Assembly: GCA_964016885.1 (NCBI GenBank)
Contig: OZ024750.1
Coordinates: 52,948,001 to 53,012,000 of the forward strand
From: Eledone cirrhosa
Lineage: Eukaryota
Length of the DNA stretch: 64,000 nt
Direction: 5' to 3'
This document shows, one piece after another, positions 1-12,205 of this stretch. The translations under genes and the position numbers were made by a program. The notes below the pieces were generated by a model. The model made no database searches. It worked only from the letters and a program-made list of their open reading frames with translations, and was not told where the DNA came from. How positions within the stretch are numbered: the first letter of the stretch is position 1; each line of letters starts with the position of its first letter.

Positions 1-1856
1 GTGATGGTGGGGAAACATTTCAAAGGGACGCGGTTGGAAGGTCTAGTACAGGGGTTCCTCACGTCCTCGGGAAAGTTTTGTTTGAGCATTGCGTAGGTGC
101 CCCTTGGGACCCTAATCATTTTTAAATGTGGTTTATTCGCCGCGTTGGTGAACATTTTCCCTTCGGTTTCCACCGAAGGGTCTTTGTCTATTGTTTGTAC
201 AAGTGTTTTGTTGTTTGTGTTGATGTATGTATAATGTTTTTGTTGTGTTTGTTTTTGTTTGTTGTTCTTGTGTGTGTTTGCGTTTTGTAGTATGTGTTAT
301 ATTTTTGGGAGGGGTGGTTTTTGTTTGTGATGTTTGTTCTGTTTGTGCTGGTGGTTGTGTGTTTATTGCATTTTTGTTAATGTGGTGCCTTCTTTTCTTT
401 CTTTTTACTGGTTGAAAGGGCTCTCCCTCGTCGTCACTGGGTGACGTTGATAAGGGGTCCTCGTCCATGTTGTTAGGGAGTGATATATTTTGGGATTTTG
501 TTGTGGTTGCGGGTGCTTTTGTATTTGTTTTAGGTCGGGAGCGGTTGGGTGGTACAGTGTCTTGTTTTGTTATTTTTTTGTGTTGTTGTGATGGTTGTGG
601 TGGTGGTGGTGGTGGTGGTGGTGGTTGTGTTGTTGTGTTTGGGGTTGGCATAAGAGCCTTTTTTTGACTCGTTAATTGAGGACAGGCAGCCTTCAGGTGA
701 CCCCTGCTTAAGCAGTGGTAACATGACGGCCGCCTACCCTCAACTGAAATGTTTATATAGGTTAGCCCGTCCAGAGGCACGCGTTATGAGATTTTAGCTA
801 TTCGTCCTGGGCTCATTTGAACCATAACTTCTACGCTAGTCCCACTAAATACACCTCTGGAGGACTTTCCTACTGAGATTATCCTGTCTTCCTCAAAATC
901 AACGAATCCACATAGTATCCACCAAATATTTACATTTGGTGTGATACTCAGAATTTTTATTTTTTGTATCCTTTTTTCCCTGTATGTGGGGAAAAAGGTG
1001 AAACAGGGGGACACAATGGGTGATACAGCATATTTTTGTGCCGTTGGCTGGTCATTCATTAGCACCAAAATGCTACCAAACAGTTTTCTTCTTTGGATGA
1101 AGGTTATGTCCTTCATTGCATCTTTTAGAACCAGCCCAATTTCATTTTGTGATAATTGAGCTGGCTTTCTAGTTGCGTTTGATATTGTCCTGAAAACCAC
1201 AGTTTTCAGGACAGTCTCTCTACGTAATACCTGGGGAGAATTGATGCTAAAAGTACCATTTTGTCCAAAAGTTACATATTGTTTTGCATCTTGGAGTAGC
1301 TGTTCTGCGTTTGTGATTGGAGTGTATAGTTCTGTTTTTTTTACAGTTTGCGCGAACAATGTTTTGGTGTTGTTGTCTTTCTTGTTGCTGTTGTTGTTGT
1401 CACTGTTGTTGATGTTGTTCATATTTTTCTTGGTGTTGGTGTTGTTATTGTTGCAGTTGTTGGTTGTGATGTTATTGTCATTGTTCTTGTTGTTGGTGTT
1501 GGTATTATTTACCAGGTTTGGTTCCGTGGTTGCAATATTTACAACATTTTTCGATAAGGTGAGGGGGGAAGGCTGCAAGCTTTGTACTCTTACCTTCCCT
1601 CCACCACTTTTCTTAGTGGGCGTGGCACTCACTACAGTGTGAGGGGTTGAAATGGCATCCATTACTAACTAACAAGTCTACACAATGTTTTCAGATGAAA
1701 ATTTTGCCCCAAAAAGGGGCGAAAATTAGTTAACCCAACGTCTGAAGGCCCAGATAAGGGGTTAAACTAAACAATAATAACAAATTCAACAATAAACTCA
1801 CAGTTTTTTGTACACTAATCCGTAAACAATCCGGAGCGAAGTAATACACGTCTACC
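1..1856 (-). mobile_element. 5' part (5'UTR + ORF1) of an L1/Tx1-like non-LTR retrotransposon, continuing beyond the window start
   Basis: ORFs 784..1662 and 133..780 are in the same frame, separated by one stop codon. They contain the gag-like zinc knuckle CYHCLSRGHLKAAC (CX2CX4HX4C), an N-rich N-terminus and a basic PFQPVKRKKRR motif. The 5' end begins GTAGACGTGT next to a (GATA)n tract. Confidence 0.7.
133..1662 (-). pseudogene. LINE ORF1 (nucleic-acid-binding, CCHC zinc knuckle) interrupted by one in-frame stop at 784-786
   Basis: Frame continuity of the two ORFs and the CCHC knuckle. Confidence 0.65.
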
Positions 1857-1862
1857 AATCAC

Positions 1863-1900
<38 letters not shown>

Positions 1901-1925
1901 AAGATAGATGGATAGGTAGATAGAT
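1863..1925. repeat. (GATA)n microsatellite
   Basis: Directly visible. Confidence 0.95.
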
Positions 1926-1927
1926 AA

Positions 1928-2080
1928 ATGTGGTTGGCATTAGGAGGGGCATCCAGCCATAGAAACCAAGCCAGAAACAGTTCGGTATGAACAAGACATG
2001 GTCACCTGGCTCAACATGCCTCAAATTGGACAACACGTCTAACCCATGCTAGCATGTAAAATAGACGTCAAATGATGATG
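1928..2080 (+). mobile_element. RTE-type 3' tail fragment ending in (GAT)n
   Basis: GGTTGGCATTAGGA.GGGCATCCAGC...AACCCATGCTAGCATG...GATGATG motif, recurring more than 10 times in the window. Confidence 0.75.
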
Positions 2081-2085
2081 AATTA

Positions 2086-5000
2086 TCATCATCATCATCG
2101 TTTAACATCCATTTTTCCATCAACTTTGATTGCCTGCACCTTTTTATACAGCTATCATCCTTCATATGCATCATATGTCCATACCAACACAATCTCCTCT
2201 TCTGTACACTGCATCTGATTGCCTAGTTGCTCTCTCAGCTTATTTATGCTTTGCTATTCATGTATGACACAACCATCGGAACATGCATGCTTCGTTTCTT
2301 TCCAATCTTCACAAGTCCTCTGCACACAATGCCCAAGTCTCACTACCAGGCAACTTTGCTGTTCATATGCACCATACAATCAGCCCTTCATTCTGAGGAA
2401 AACACCTTTTGTTGTTAGTAGTGGTAGTAACTCCCTGAACTTTTTCCATCCCGTTCTTACTCTGGCTATTGTGTTTTCAGAACACCCTCCTTCACTGCTA
2501 ATCCCATCACGGAGGTAACAGAAATTGTCTATTATTTTTACAGAACCCTCTGGGCATTTGTAGGGGATGGTATCCTGTGGGCACTTGCTACTTACAGCAC
2601 CTGTGCATCAGTTGCATATAAAACGTACATTCTTTGATAGCCTGCTCGTGATCCCACTACATCTTTTATGTACCCATAGCTTGCACTTGGGACAGGATGG
2701 AATTTCTACCTACTCTTTTCCTGCACACTGAGCAAAACCATTTCCCAGAGGGGATCCGGACCCTATTTTCCTTTCTACATACTAGGACTTTAATCTTAGA
2801 CAAGTTAACTTTAAGACCCTTAGATTCTAGGCCATGCTTCCAGGTTTGGAATTTCTTCACTAAATCTGCCATAGATGCAGCTATGAGAGTTAGATCATCT
2901 GCATACAAAAGTTCCCATGGGCAGCCAGTCTTAAAGTTCTCCATTATAGCCTGAAGAGCAACAATAAACAGGAAGAGGCTAAGGACAGGGCCTTCATGAA
3001 GACCTACCTGCATGCTAAATTTTTCACTATATTCATTGTTAATTCTAACCTTGCTGACTGTTCCTCTATACATGGCTTGTATAGCTCTCATGAGCCACTC
3101 ATCTATTCCTAGTTTTCTAAGACCCCACCAGATAATAGAACAGGGGATTCTGTCAAAGGCTTTCTCCAGGTCAACAAAAGCTAAATAGAGGGATTTATTT
3201 TTAGCTTGGTGCTTCTGCAGTTGTCTCACGAGGAAGAGAGTATCCATGGTACTTTTATCTCGCACAAAGCCAAATTGCATTTCCTCGAGTTTAATTCAAT
3301 CCCTAATCAGCGGCGCAATAACTCTTTCTGTGACCTTCATGACCTGGTCAATTAACTAAATGCCTCTACAGTTTTCTCTGTCTAGAGTGTTTCCTTTGCC
3401 CTTGTAGCAGTTGACGATGATGCTGCTACACCACTCATTGGGTATGACACCACTTTATATTACTTCGCTTACAATTGTGATCTTGGTGTGGCCCACCATC
3501 CCAGATGCTTTCAGCATCTCAGCAATTATCCTCCAAAATCCAGCTGCCTTGCCAGTCTTCGTATCTTTGATTGCTATTACTAACTTGCACAGTCGGTCCC
3601 TCTGTTTGGTCAATTTGGGGTAAACTATCTGTATTCCATTCATTCTCCTCGTTTAGTAATCTTTCATAGTGGCACTTCTATGCTACCTTGTTATCAGCAT
3701 CAGTGAAGGCAAGTACTCTGTTATCATCGCAGACACACTTCTCCCCAACGACATCACAATTTTCCTTGATACATTGCCTCAATCCTGAACAGCTCAAGCC
3801 TTTGGTCCTCTCATTGCAAAACATGCTTAAAATTTGTATCTTCTGCTTCCCTTTTTGCAAAGTACACTTGTCGCCTAGCTTCTCTCCAAGCCTCCTATCC
3901 CACCCTTTTCCTCTTATCCTGCCATTTTCCCCCTATCCCGCCATTTTCCCCCCTATCCTGCTATTCTTTCCATGCCTGTCTTCTAGCCTTAATTATCTAC
4001 TCCACCCTACTGTTCCCCCACCAAAGTACTCTCCTTCTCCCATTCTTTCCAGGCCTTAATTGTCTCCTCCACCCTACTGTTCTCCCACCAAAGTACTCTC
4101 CTTCTCCCATTCTTTCCAGACCTTAATTATCTCCTCCACCCTACTGTTCTCCCACCAAAGTACTCTCCTTCTCCCATTCTTTCCAGACCTTAATTATCTC
4201 CTCCACCCTACTGTTCTCCCACCAAAGTACTCTCCTTCTCCCATTCTTTCCAGGCCTTAATTATCTCCTCCACCCTACTGTTTCCCCACCAAAGTACTCT
4301 CCTTCTCCCAAGAGACCTGCTCCATCCTCAGATTTCATTTGTCATCTTCAGTAGGTTATCTTTCAGGAATTCCCACTGCTCCTATATTGTATGTCTTTAT
4401 TTGCTCATCAAGTAACATACTTCTAAATTTGTTACTGACTGTCGGGTCCTTCAACTTTCACATTCTTCTCCTCAAGGTTGTCCTCTGTCATTGAGTGCGT
4501 CTAGTCTTGACTATGAGGTGACTAACTATTAGGCTATGTTGGGAGGTGCATTCTTCACAAGGAAGGGACTTTGTGTTTATAACAGTCACTCTGTCTCATC
4601 TTCTGGTAAGGATAAAAATCTATCTGGCTGGTGTGCTCACCAGTGATCAGATGATTGTCTCGTTTTTTGAGGTTTGTGCTATAGATAATTAGGTCATTTG
4701 CATCACATAATTCCAGGATCCTGAAACCTTCCTCATTTCTAGTACCAAACCCCCAACCTCTGTTGTAGCCATCACAGTATTGTCCAACATGCCCATTAAC
4801 CCTTTAATGTTCACACCGGCCAAAACTGGCCAGAATTCTCTACCTTTTTCTGTTGAAACTGGCTGTAACTGGTCACTCAAAATAAATACTTTCAAAATCT
4901 CATAGATTCGATATTATTTGAGATAATTATGCGAGATAAAGCCTTTACCATGAAATAGAGTAATGTGAATACTAAAGGGTTAAAGTCACCAGCAATAATT

Positions 5001-5360
5001 CTGTAGTCACTGCCATTTATTTGGGAAGTAGTGTTCATTAGGGACTCATAGAACCTGTCTTTTATAACGTCTGGTAGACCAGATTGGGATGCATAAGCAG
5101 ATATAACTGATACGGTTGTTCTATTTGCAGCAATTACCTTATCTTCCCATTTTTCTGCTAACATGATCCCTACTCCACCCAGCCCAGACAAATTTGAAGC
5201 ATTGTTTTTTTTCCCACAATGAATCTAGCTGACCCTCCCCCCCATCTTGTCTCTTGTACACAGCATACATCAACCTTCTTTCATTCAAGTATCTCTACAA
5301 TCTCACCTGATTGTCCTTTCTTCATGCCTACATTGGTGGTACCAGCTCTGAAGTGAAGGA
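2086..5360 (-). mobile_element. Degenerate RTE-clade LINE (APE endonuclease + RT), with frameshifts and internal deletions
   Basis: ORF 2666..3280 has QFGF, FVDLEKAFD and LLYADD (RT). ORF 4892..5191 has GVGI, ISAYA and IIAGDFN (APE). (CAT)n tail near 2086. Confidence 0.9.
3984..4310. repeat. 67-bp tandem repeat, about 5 copies, inside the RTE ORF
   Basis: Unit AGGCCTTAATTATCTCCTCCACCCTACTGTTCTCCCACCAAAGTACTCTCCTTCTCCCATTCTTTCC; copies start at 4051 and 4118. Confidence 0.9.
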
Positions 5361-6051
5361 GTTCATCGGAAGTGTGAGGGGAAGAAGATGAAAGCTTGTG
5401 GAGGGGAGTGAGAGATGAATTACTGTTGGTTTGGGTTTTCCATGTCTGAAATAAAGAGGAATGTCAGTATGGTCGTCTGGAGACAGGAGGTAGATTGATA
5501 TTCATTTTTAGGAATGCTCCAACTTTCCACCTCTGTAGTCCATTTATCATACAAAACAACAATCTGGCCCCTCACAATGTTTAGTAGTAGTAATAGCAGG
5601 AGGAGTAGGTTTTGTTATAGAAATTGGGTTTAGAATGAAACATATTTGCACTGTTGAGTTTTGATTGGTTCAGATGGTTATGGTGGCATATGGTGTGGGT
5701 GGGAGTTATAAAGAGAGGAGGGAAAATATTTGAAGACTAAGGAAAAACTAAAATGAAATCGGGAAGACAGAATATTTTTGAGTTTCGATTGAAATAGTAT
5801 ATTAATGGATGAGCAGGTAGGTGGGAGAATTTACATTACTTTCAGAGCTTTTCAAAACAGCAGTGATAGAATCAGATGAATCAAGGATATAAGGGGTTTA
5901 GTTCCATGCAACATATATAGAGTGAGCAGCACTACATATTATAAGCGAAGACAGAAAGGGTATGTGAACTGAACTGTGTGACTGAAATTGGCAATAGAGA
6001 GTGGATAGAGAAATCGGGAAGACAGAATATTTACGAGTTTCGAAAACAAAA

Positions 6052-6852
6052 CAAAGTTCAAGGAGCTACTACCATTGCTGGCTAGAAAAGGCTTTTCCCT
6101 CAAAATGAAAGGCAGATTGTATGATGCGTGCATACGAACAGCAATGTTGCATGGTAGTGAGACTTGGGCGCTGTGTGCAGAAGACTTGCATAGATTGGAA
6201 AGAAATGAAGCCTGCATCCTCTGATGGATGTGTAATAGTAATATATGTGAACTGCAAAGCATAAATGAACTGAAAGAGAAACTAGGCATAAAAGGTATCA
6301 AATGCTGTGTGTAGGAGAGGAGATTATGTTGGTATGGACATGTGATGCATATGAAGGATAACAGCTGTATAAAAAGGTGCAGGGTGTTCAAAGTCGATGG
6401 AAGCCTTGGAGTGGGAGACCCAGGAAAACCTGGGATGAGGTGATAAAAGCCAACTTTGCCCAATTACACCTCTCAAAGGAGATGACACATGATCGAGATT
6501 GCAGTAATACAGATCACCTGACTTCCCACAGGCACAAGCTGAATCATATATACGGTATGCCCCACTCCACCCTCCCATACACCCCATGAGGACAGGCCAA
6601 AGTAAATGCATCCAGTGAAGCCCCCAGCCCACACTGTAAAGTGGTCATGTAGGTGTCATGACAAAAAGCACCCAGTATTCACTGTAAATGAGGTTGGCAT
6701 TAGGAAGGGCATCCAGCTGTAGAAACCAAACCAGAATTAGTTCTCTATGAGCAAGACATGGTCACCTGACCTAGGATTGCCACAACAGTACAACTCGTCT
6801 AACTCATGCTAGCGTGAAAGAATAGGTGTAAAACGGTGATGATGATGATGAT
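6052..6852 (+). mobile_element. 5'-truncated RTE LINE (C-terminal ORF + 3'UTR + (GAT)n)
   Basis: Remnants of MLHGSETWAL, WYGHV and GRPRKTW, followed by the tail motif. Confidence 0.85.
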
Positions 6853-7210
6853 ATATATTTACACACAAATATATCATCATCATCATCTTCATTTAACGTC
6901 CATCTTCCACACTAGCATGGGTTAGACGGGAGTTGTCCCACTCGAAGCAAGGTTGGTCGGGTCATCGTGTCTCGCTCATATAGGACTATCTGGCAGGTTT
7001 TCTATGGCTGGATGTGGAACTGGGAACTTTTTACCGTGTTACCTACATGGCCACATTACAGCGTGGACTGTGTTTTTTTGTCGTGACACCTACACGATCT
7101 TAATCTCATTATCTCATTTATTTGGACTGGATGTTGTGGTTCCAACTTTACAGAGAGAGGGTGGTGTTGGTGGGAGTGGGAGGATAGGGTAGGGGTAGTG
7201 GATTGGGGTG

Positions 7211-7379
7211 TGTAAATGTGGTTGGTGTTAGGAAGGGCATCCAACTGTAGAAAACCCGCCAGACAGTCCTATGCGATCAAGACAACCACTCTTGCCTCAA
7301 GTGGGAAAACTCCCGTCCAAACCCATGCAAGCATGGAACACGGACGTTAAACGATGATGATGATGATGATGATGATGAT
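7211..7379 (+). mobile_element. Short RTE 3' tail inserted antisense into the RTE 3'UTR
   Basis: GGTTGGTGTTAGGAAGGGCATCC...GGACGTTAAAC(GAT)n. Confidence 0.75.
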
Positions 7380-8945
7380 TTGGTTAAGAGGTGCCTACTG
7401 ACTAAGTTTCACTTTGTACATAGGCAAGTCGGGTCTTCTGTATTACTGCGTAGCGCCAAAGATCTCGGTCCAGTGACATTGTCTTAGAGAGGTGCAAATG
7501 TGTAAGGTCGGAATTTATCAGATCGTCCCAGGTTTTTCTGGGTCTTCCTACTCCGTAACTACCATCAATTTTGCTCGCCCTGCACTTTTTTTATACAGCT
7601 GTCTTTCATGCGCATCACGTGGCCATACCAACATAGTCTTCTCTCGAGTAAACAGCATCTGATCCCTCTTATTCCTAATTTATCACTTAGTTCATTTATG
7701 CTTTGCTGTTCACCTATATTACTATTACACATCCAGCGGAGCATGCATGCTTCGTTCTTTCCAGTCTGTGCAGGTCCTCTGCACACAATGCCCATATCTC
7801 ACTGCCATGTAGCATTGATGTTTGTATACAGGCATCATGCAATCTGCCTTTCATTTTTAGAGAGAAACCTTTTGTGGCCAACAGCAGTATCAGCTCTCTG
7901 AACTTTTTCCATCTCGTTCTGACTCTGACTACTGTACTTTCAGAGCACCCTCCACCACTGTTGATTTCATCACCCAGGTAACGGAAAGTGTCCACTATTT
8001 CTATAGAACCATCTGGGCAATAGAACCAGCTAGTATCCTGTGGGCACTTGCTACTTATTGCACCTGAGCATTGGCCACATATAAAGTCTACGTTCTTAGA
8101 TAGTTTACCTATGATCCCACAACATCTTTTATGTACCCATACTTTGAATTTCTGCCTACTCCTTTCCTACACACTGAGTATGGCCATTTCCCTTAGGGCA
8201 CCTGTGCCCTATTTTCCTTTCTACAAACTAGAACTTTAGTCTTAGACAAGTTAACTTTAAGGCCTTTTGATTCTAGGCCATGCTTCGATGTTTGGAATTT
8301 CTTCTCTAGTTCAGCCATAGATTCAGCTATGAGAGTTAGATCATCTGCGTATAGGAGCTCCCATGGGCAGCCGGTCTTGAACTCCTCTGTTATAACCTGA
8401 AGGGCAATAATAAATAGGATGGGGCTAAGGACAGAGCCTTGATGAACACCAACTTTTCCACTAAATTCTTCACAATATTCATTGTTAATTCTAACCTTAC
8501 TGACTGTTTCTTTATACATAGCTTTTATAGCTCTCACAAGCAATTCATCTACACCTAGTTTACTAAGAGCCCACCAAATAATAGAGTGGGGGACTCTGTC
8601 AAAGGCTTTCGCCAGGTCTACAAAAGCTAAGTAGAGGGGTTTATTTTTAGCTAGGTACTTCTCCTGTACTTGTCATACAATGAAAAGAGCATCTGTGGTA
8701 ATTTTACCTGACACAAAGCCAAACTGCATTTCATCTAGATCAATTCGCTCTCTGATTAGTTGCGCTATAACTCTTTCTGTGACCTTCATGACCTGGTCAA
8801 CTAACTTAATGCCTCTATAGTTTCCTCTATCTAGAGCATCTCCTTTACCCTTGTAGCAGTTAATGATGATGATGCTACACCAGTCTTTTGATATGACTCC
8901 ATTCTGTATTACTTGGTTAACTATACGGGTGACCATAGTATGTCC

Positions 8946-9267
8946 TATAGCGGAGAACTCGTGTGTATGAATGTAACAAGGAGACATTGTTTGTGTGTAT
9001 AATATTTAATCAACAATTTAACAGTATAGTTGACATGTCAATGAATAAACGAAAGAATGAAGCAAAGTTAGTAGTTACCGTTTTGATTGCCAGGCAAACG
9101 CAGGCTGGCAGAAGACGCCTGGCGAAGGCCAGGCGCCGGAAGGGCAAAATGAGAGAGTGAGAACTTAAAGTTGTTAGTTTTATAGGGTTCTGACCGGAAG
9201 TTACAGAAAGGGTTCTACTTCCTGTCTAGATGGTGTTGTGAGTATCACAAGGGAGGCAACTGCTACA
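8946..9267 (-). repeat. 3' LTR
   Basis: Copy of 10592-10913. Confidence 0.92.
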
Positions 9268-10558
9268 TAACCTCCCGCCAGAATTTTAGAATATAAAAAT
9301 CGAATGAAATATGTAGCAAGTTGGCGAGAATGTTGTAACAGGCATGAAAATTACGACAAAAGAATGTTTGCAAAAATCAATGATAGATATCAAGGTAGCC
9401 AACCGCTCTTGGCCAGAGAACGACTGGACATCTATCTATCCATCACCCAAAGATACAATGTAATAAAGTAAGAGAAGAGCTCAAAGTTCAAATGTACAAA
9501 ATATAGTTCACAGGTGTGCAATCACATGACAGCAGGAAAGAAAGTGTGTTCCAGAGAATGAATGCAGGTGGTTTCTGTTCTGTGGTATATCGTGAAATTT
9601 CCAACCTCCGAATGGATTTTCTCACAGGAAGAGTGCTGCAAAAATAAATTCTCTGGCTTGTTCTGCTGGTTTTGGTTGTTGGTGAAGCTGTGTTGTTGTT
9701 GATGATGTTGTCTTGTGGAGTGTGCGTATTCGGAGTGAACGTATTCACAGTAAAAAAAATGTTTTTCAGAAAAAATGAGTTGCGCAAAGTGCTAGAAATA
9801 ACTGCCGAAGTTGATGGTCGATGTTGAGAATGTGTTGACCTGGAAGGGTCAAGAGGCCAGCGACCAAAGAAATAAGCATTCTGAATAAATGCGCAGTTTT
9901 CAACGGCAAATTTACGTGGTAAATTTTTAAACCGGCAAATAGGAGAATATAGCTTAAGGCTGAAGAATCCTTGGCGAGAAACGTTATCTCTGTGAGTCGA
10001 GAATTTGTGCTGCCTACACGTGCCAATACAAGGTTAAGTTAGGTTGAAAAAAATAATATTTCTAACACGCGAGAAAATGAAAGTGCAACAGGTCGTTGGC
10101 AGCAATTTTGAAAAAAAAATGTGTGTGAAAGTGACAATGATGAAAAAGAAAGGCTTCACTTAGCATAATTATTGGTGTGAACTTTGAAAAAAAACTTGAG
10201 CGATGAAGAAAACGATGAAAAAAAAAAAAGGCAATGGTTCATCGAAAATAAATGTTCCTGTTGAAATGTTTTTAAAAAAAAAAATATCAAATTTCTTTTT
10301 TTTTTTTTTTCCTTTTGTTTTGAAAGTGTTCGTTGTAAGAAACGAGAAACATATATATATCGTGAAATGCGACAGTTAGTTGATGCGTGAGAGAAAAAGT
10401 CTGCATGTGCGAAAATTTCATATGTGCGTTTCTTTGACTGCGTATTTTCATAGTTTGTCAATAAATTTGCTGTGTATTCGTAATGTTACTCACACAACAC
10501 CAGATTCTGCTATTTTTTTTTGGAGGGGGGGGGGGGGGTACCACTTATAACAATGAAC

Positions 10559-10590
10559 GGCTGCGTGTTCGTATCACGTCAGGGTTACCA
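10559..10590 (-). promoter_or_regulatory. Primer-binding site complementary to the tRNA-Trp 3' end (extended, about 32 nt)
   Basis: The + strand reads GGCTGCGTGTTCGTATCACGTCAGGGTTACCA, matching the metazoan tRNA-Trp 3' half (..GGCTGCGTGTTCGAATCACGTCGGGGTCA-CCA). It lies 1 nt from the LTR. Confidence 0.8.
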
Positions 10591-10591
10591 A

Positions 10592-10913
10592 TATAGCGGA
10601 GAACTCGTGTGTATGAATGTAACAAGGAGACATTGTTTGTGTGTATAATATTTAATCAACAATTTAACAGTATAGTTAACATGTCAATGAATAAACGAAA
10701 GAATGAAGCAAAGTTAGTAGTTACCGTTTTGATTGCCAGGCAAACGCAGGCTGGCAGAAGACGCCTGGCGAAGGCCAGGCGCCGGAAGGGCAAAATGAGA
10801 GAGTGAGAACTTAAAGTTGTTAGTTTTATAGGGTTCTGACCGGAAGTTACAGAAAGGGTTCTACTTCCTGTCTAGATGGTGTTGTGAGTGTCACAGGGGA
10901 GGTAACTGCTACA
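10592..10913 (-). repeat. 5' LTR
   Basis: Adjacent to the PBS; contains TATAAAA on the minus strand. Confidence 0.92.
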
Positions 10914-11409
10914 GTCCCACCATTCCAGATGCCTTCAACATCTCAGCAACTATATCCGAAGGCCCAGCTGCCTTGCCTGTCTTCATATCTTTGATTGCCT
11001 TACTTATTATACTAGCTTTAACTTGCACTGCTGGTGCTTCTATAGGATCGATTTGGGGCAGACTATTTTTTCCCATTTATTCTCCTCATTTAATAGTCTC
11101 TCATAGTGACACTTCCAGGCTATCTTCTTATCAGTATCAGTGAGGGCAAGTACACCATTATCATTACAGACACACTTCTCCCCGACAATATCACGGTTTT
11201 CCTTGACATATTGTCTAGCAATCCTGAACACCTCACGTTTTTGGTCCTCACGTTGTAGAACATGCTTGAACTTTCTATCTCTGCTTCCCTTTTTGCAAGG
11301 TACACTTGTCTCCTAGCTTCTCTTCTGGCCATTTGATAGTGCTCTCTACTTCCCCCATCCTGCCATACTTTCCAAGCCTGCTATATATATATATTATCAT
11401 CATCATCAT

Positions 11410-11940
11410 CCTCTGGAAACTGTTCAGAGACATGCAACCAAGCGCATACCCTCCATCAGACACCTACCATGCTTCCCTGGGCATGGATTCATTGAAGCTC
11501 CGACATCTGGCAATGGACTTGGTAAACACCCAAAAAGTTATTAACCATCTCGCCAACAACAACCCTGGGCCCCTTTTTGATCTCCATGTGTCTAACACAC
11601 GTGGATATGCCTATAAAGTCAGAAAACAGCACAGCTCCCATGACTTTTGGAAACATTTTTTCACGCTTAGAGTTGCTGAAGCATGGAAGAAACTTCCTGC
11701 ATCAGTTGTTAGCTGCCGAGGCACTGCACCCTTTAAAACCTTCATGCTTCCCGAAATTCGACAAAACTACACCTGATGTCCCCCTTCCATACACATGCAC
11801 ACATGTGTATATCATGACTCATGCACTGTTCATTTTCCTGACATTTGTACATTACCCTATGTACTATACATACACTTTTGATGAGTTGTAGTGCACCTGA
11901 GCACTGTACACAATATTTTCATTATTATTATTATTATTAT
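11410..11940 (+). mobile_element. 3' end of a CR1-clade LINE with an (ATT)n tail
   Basis: SLKLRHLAMDL...TRGYAYKV...FFTLRVAEAWKKLPASVV...FK matches the CR1 ORF2 C-terminal consensus. Confidence 0.8.
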
Positions 11941-11950
11941 ATATATATAT

Positions 11951-12193
11951 TATGTTGGTACCACAAAACATCCAATCCACTCTGTAAAGTGGCCGTGTAG
12001 GTCTCTCGGCAAAAAGCACCCAGCACACACTATAAATGTGGTTGGCGTTAGGAAGGGTATCCAGCCATAGAAAACCACCTAGAAACAGTCCTATATGAGT
12101 AAGACATGGTCAGCCAACTCAATTTGCCCCAAATCGGACAAACCCGTCTAACCTATACTAGCATGGAAAATAGACATTAAATGATGATGATGA
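11951..12193 (+). mobile_element. RTE 3' tail fragment
   Basis: Tail motif plus (GAT)n. Confidence 0.75.
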
Positions 12194-12205
12194 TATATAT
12201 ATATA

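Larger units (their letters stand above)
8946..10913 (-). mobile_element. Non-autonomous LTR retrotransposon (probably Gypsy-derived), 322-bp LTRs, 4-bp TSD GTCC
   Basis: Direct repeats 8946-9267 and 10592-10913, with 4 substitutions seen by eye. Minus-strand ends TGTAGC...GCTATA. GTCC at 8942-8945 and 10914-10917. PBS and a purine-rich tract (GGCGGGAGG) lie in the expected positions. No long internal ORF. Confidence 0.92.
6874..11380 (-). mobile_element. RTE LINE copy (RT + 3'UTR) interrupted by a short + strand tail (7211-7379) and by an LTR element (8946-10913)
   Basis: ORFs 8193..8543 (GVHQGSVLSP, LLYADD), 8673..8987 (KGKGD...NYRGIKL), 7714..7995 and 11040..11231. The RTE sequence rejoins across the LTR insertion. 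Confidence 0.9.

Noticed and set aside
5756-6045. 33-bp direct repeat 255 bp apart; the second copy reads GAAAC-TC-GTA on the minus strand, like an HHR 3' half
   Set aside because: No CTGANGA box or stem I partner in either copy; the second copy is cut by an RTE insertion.
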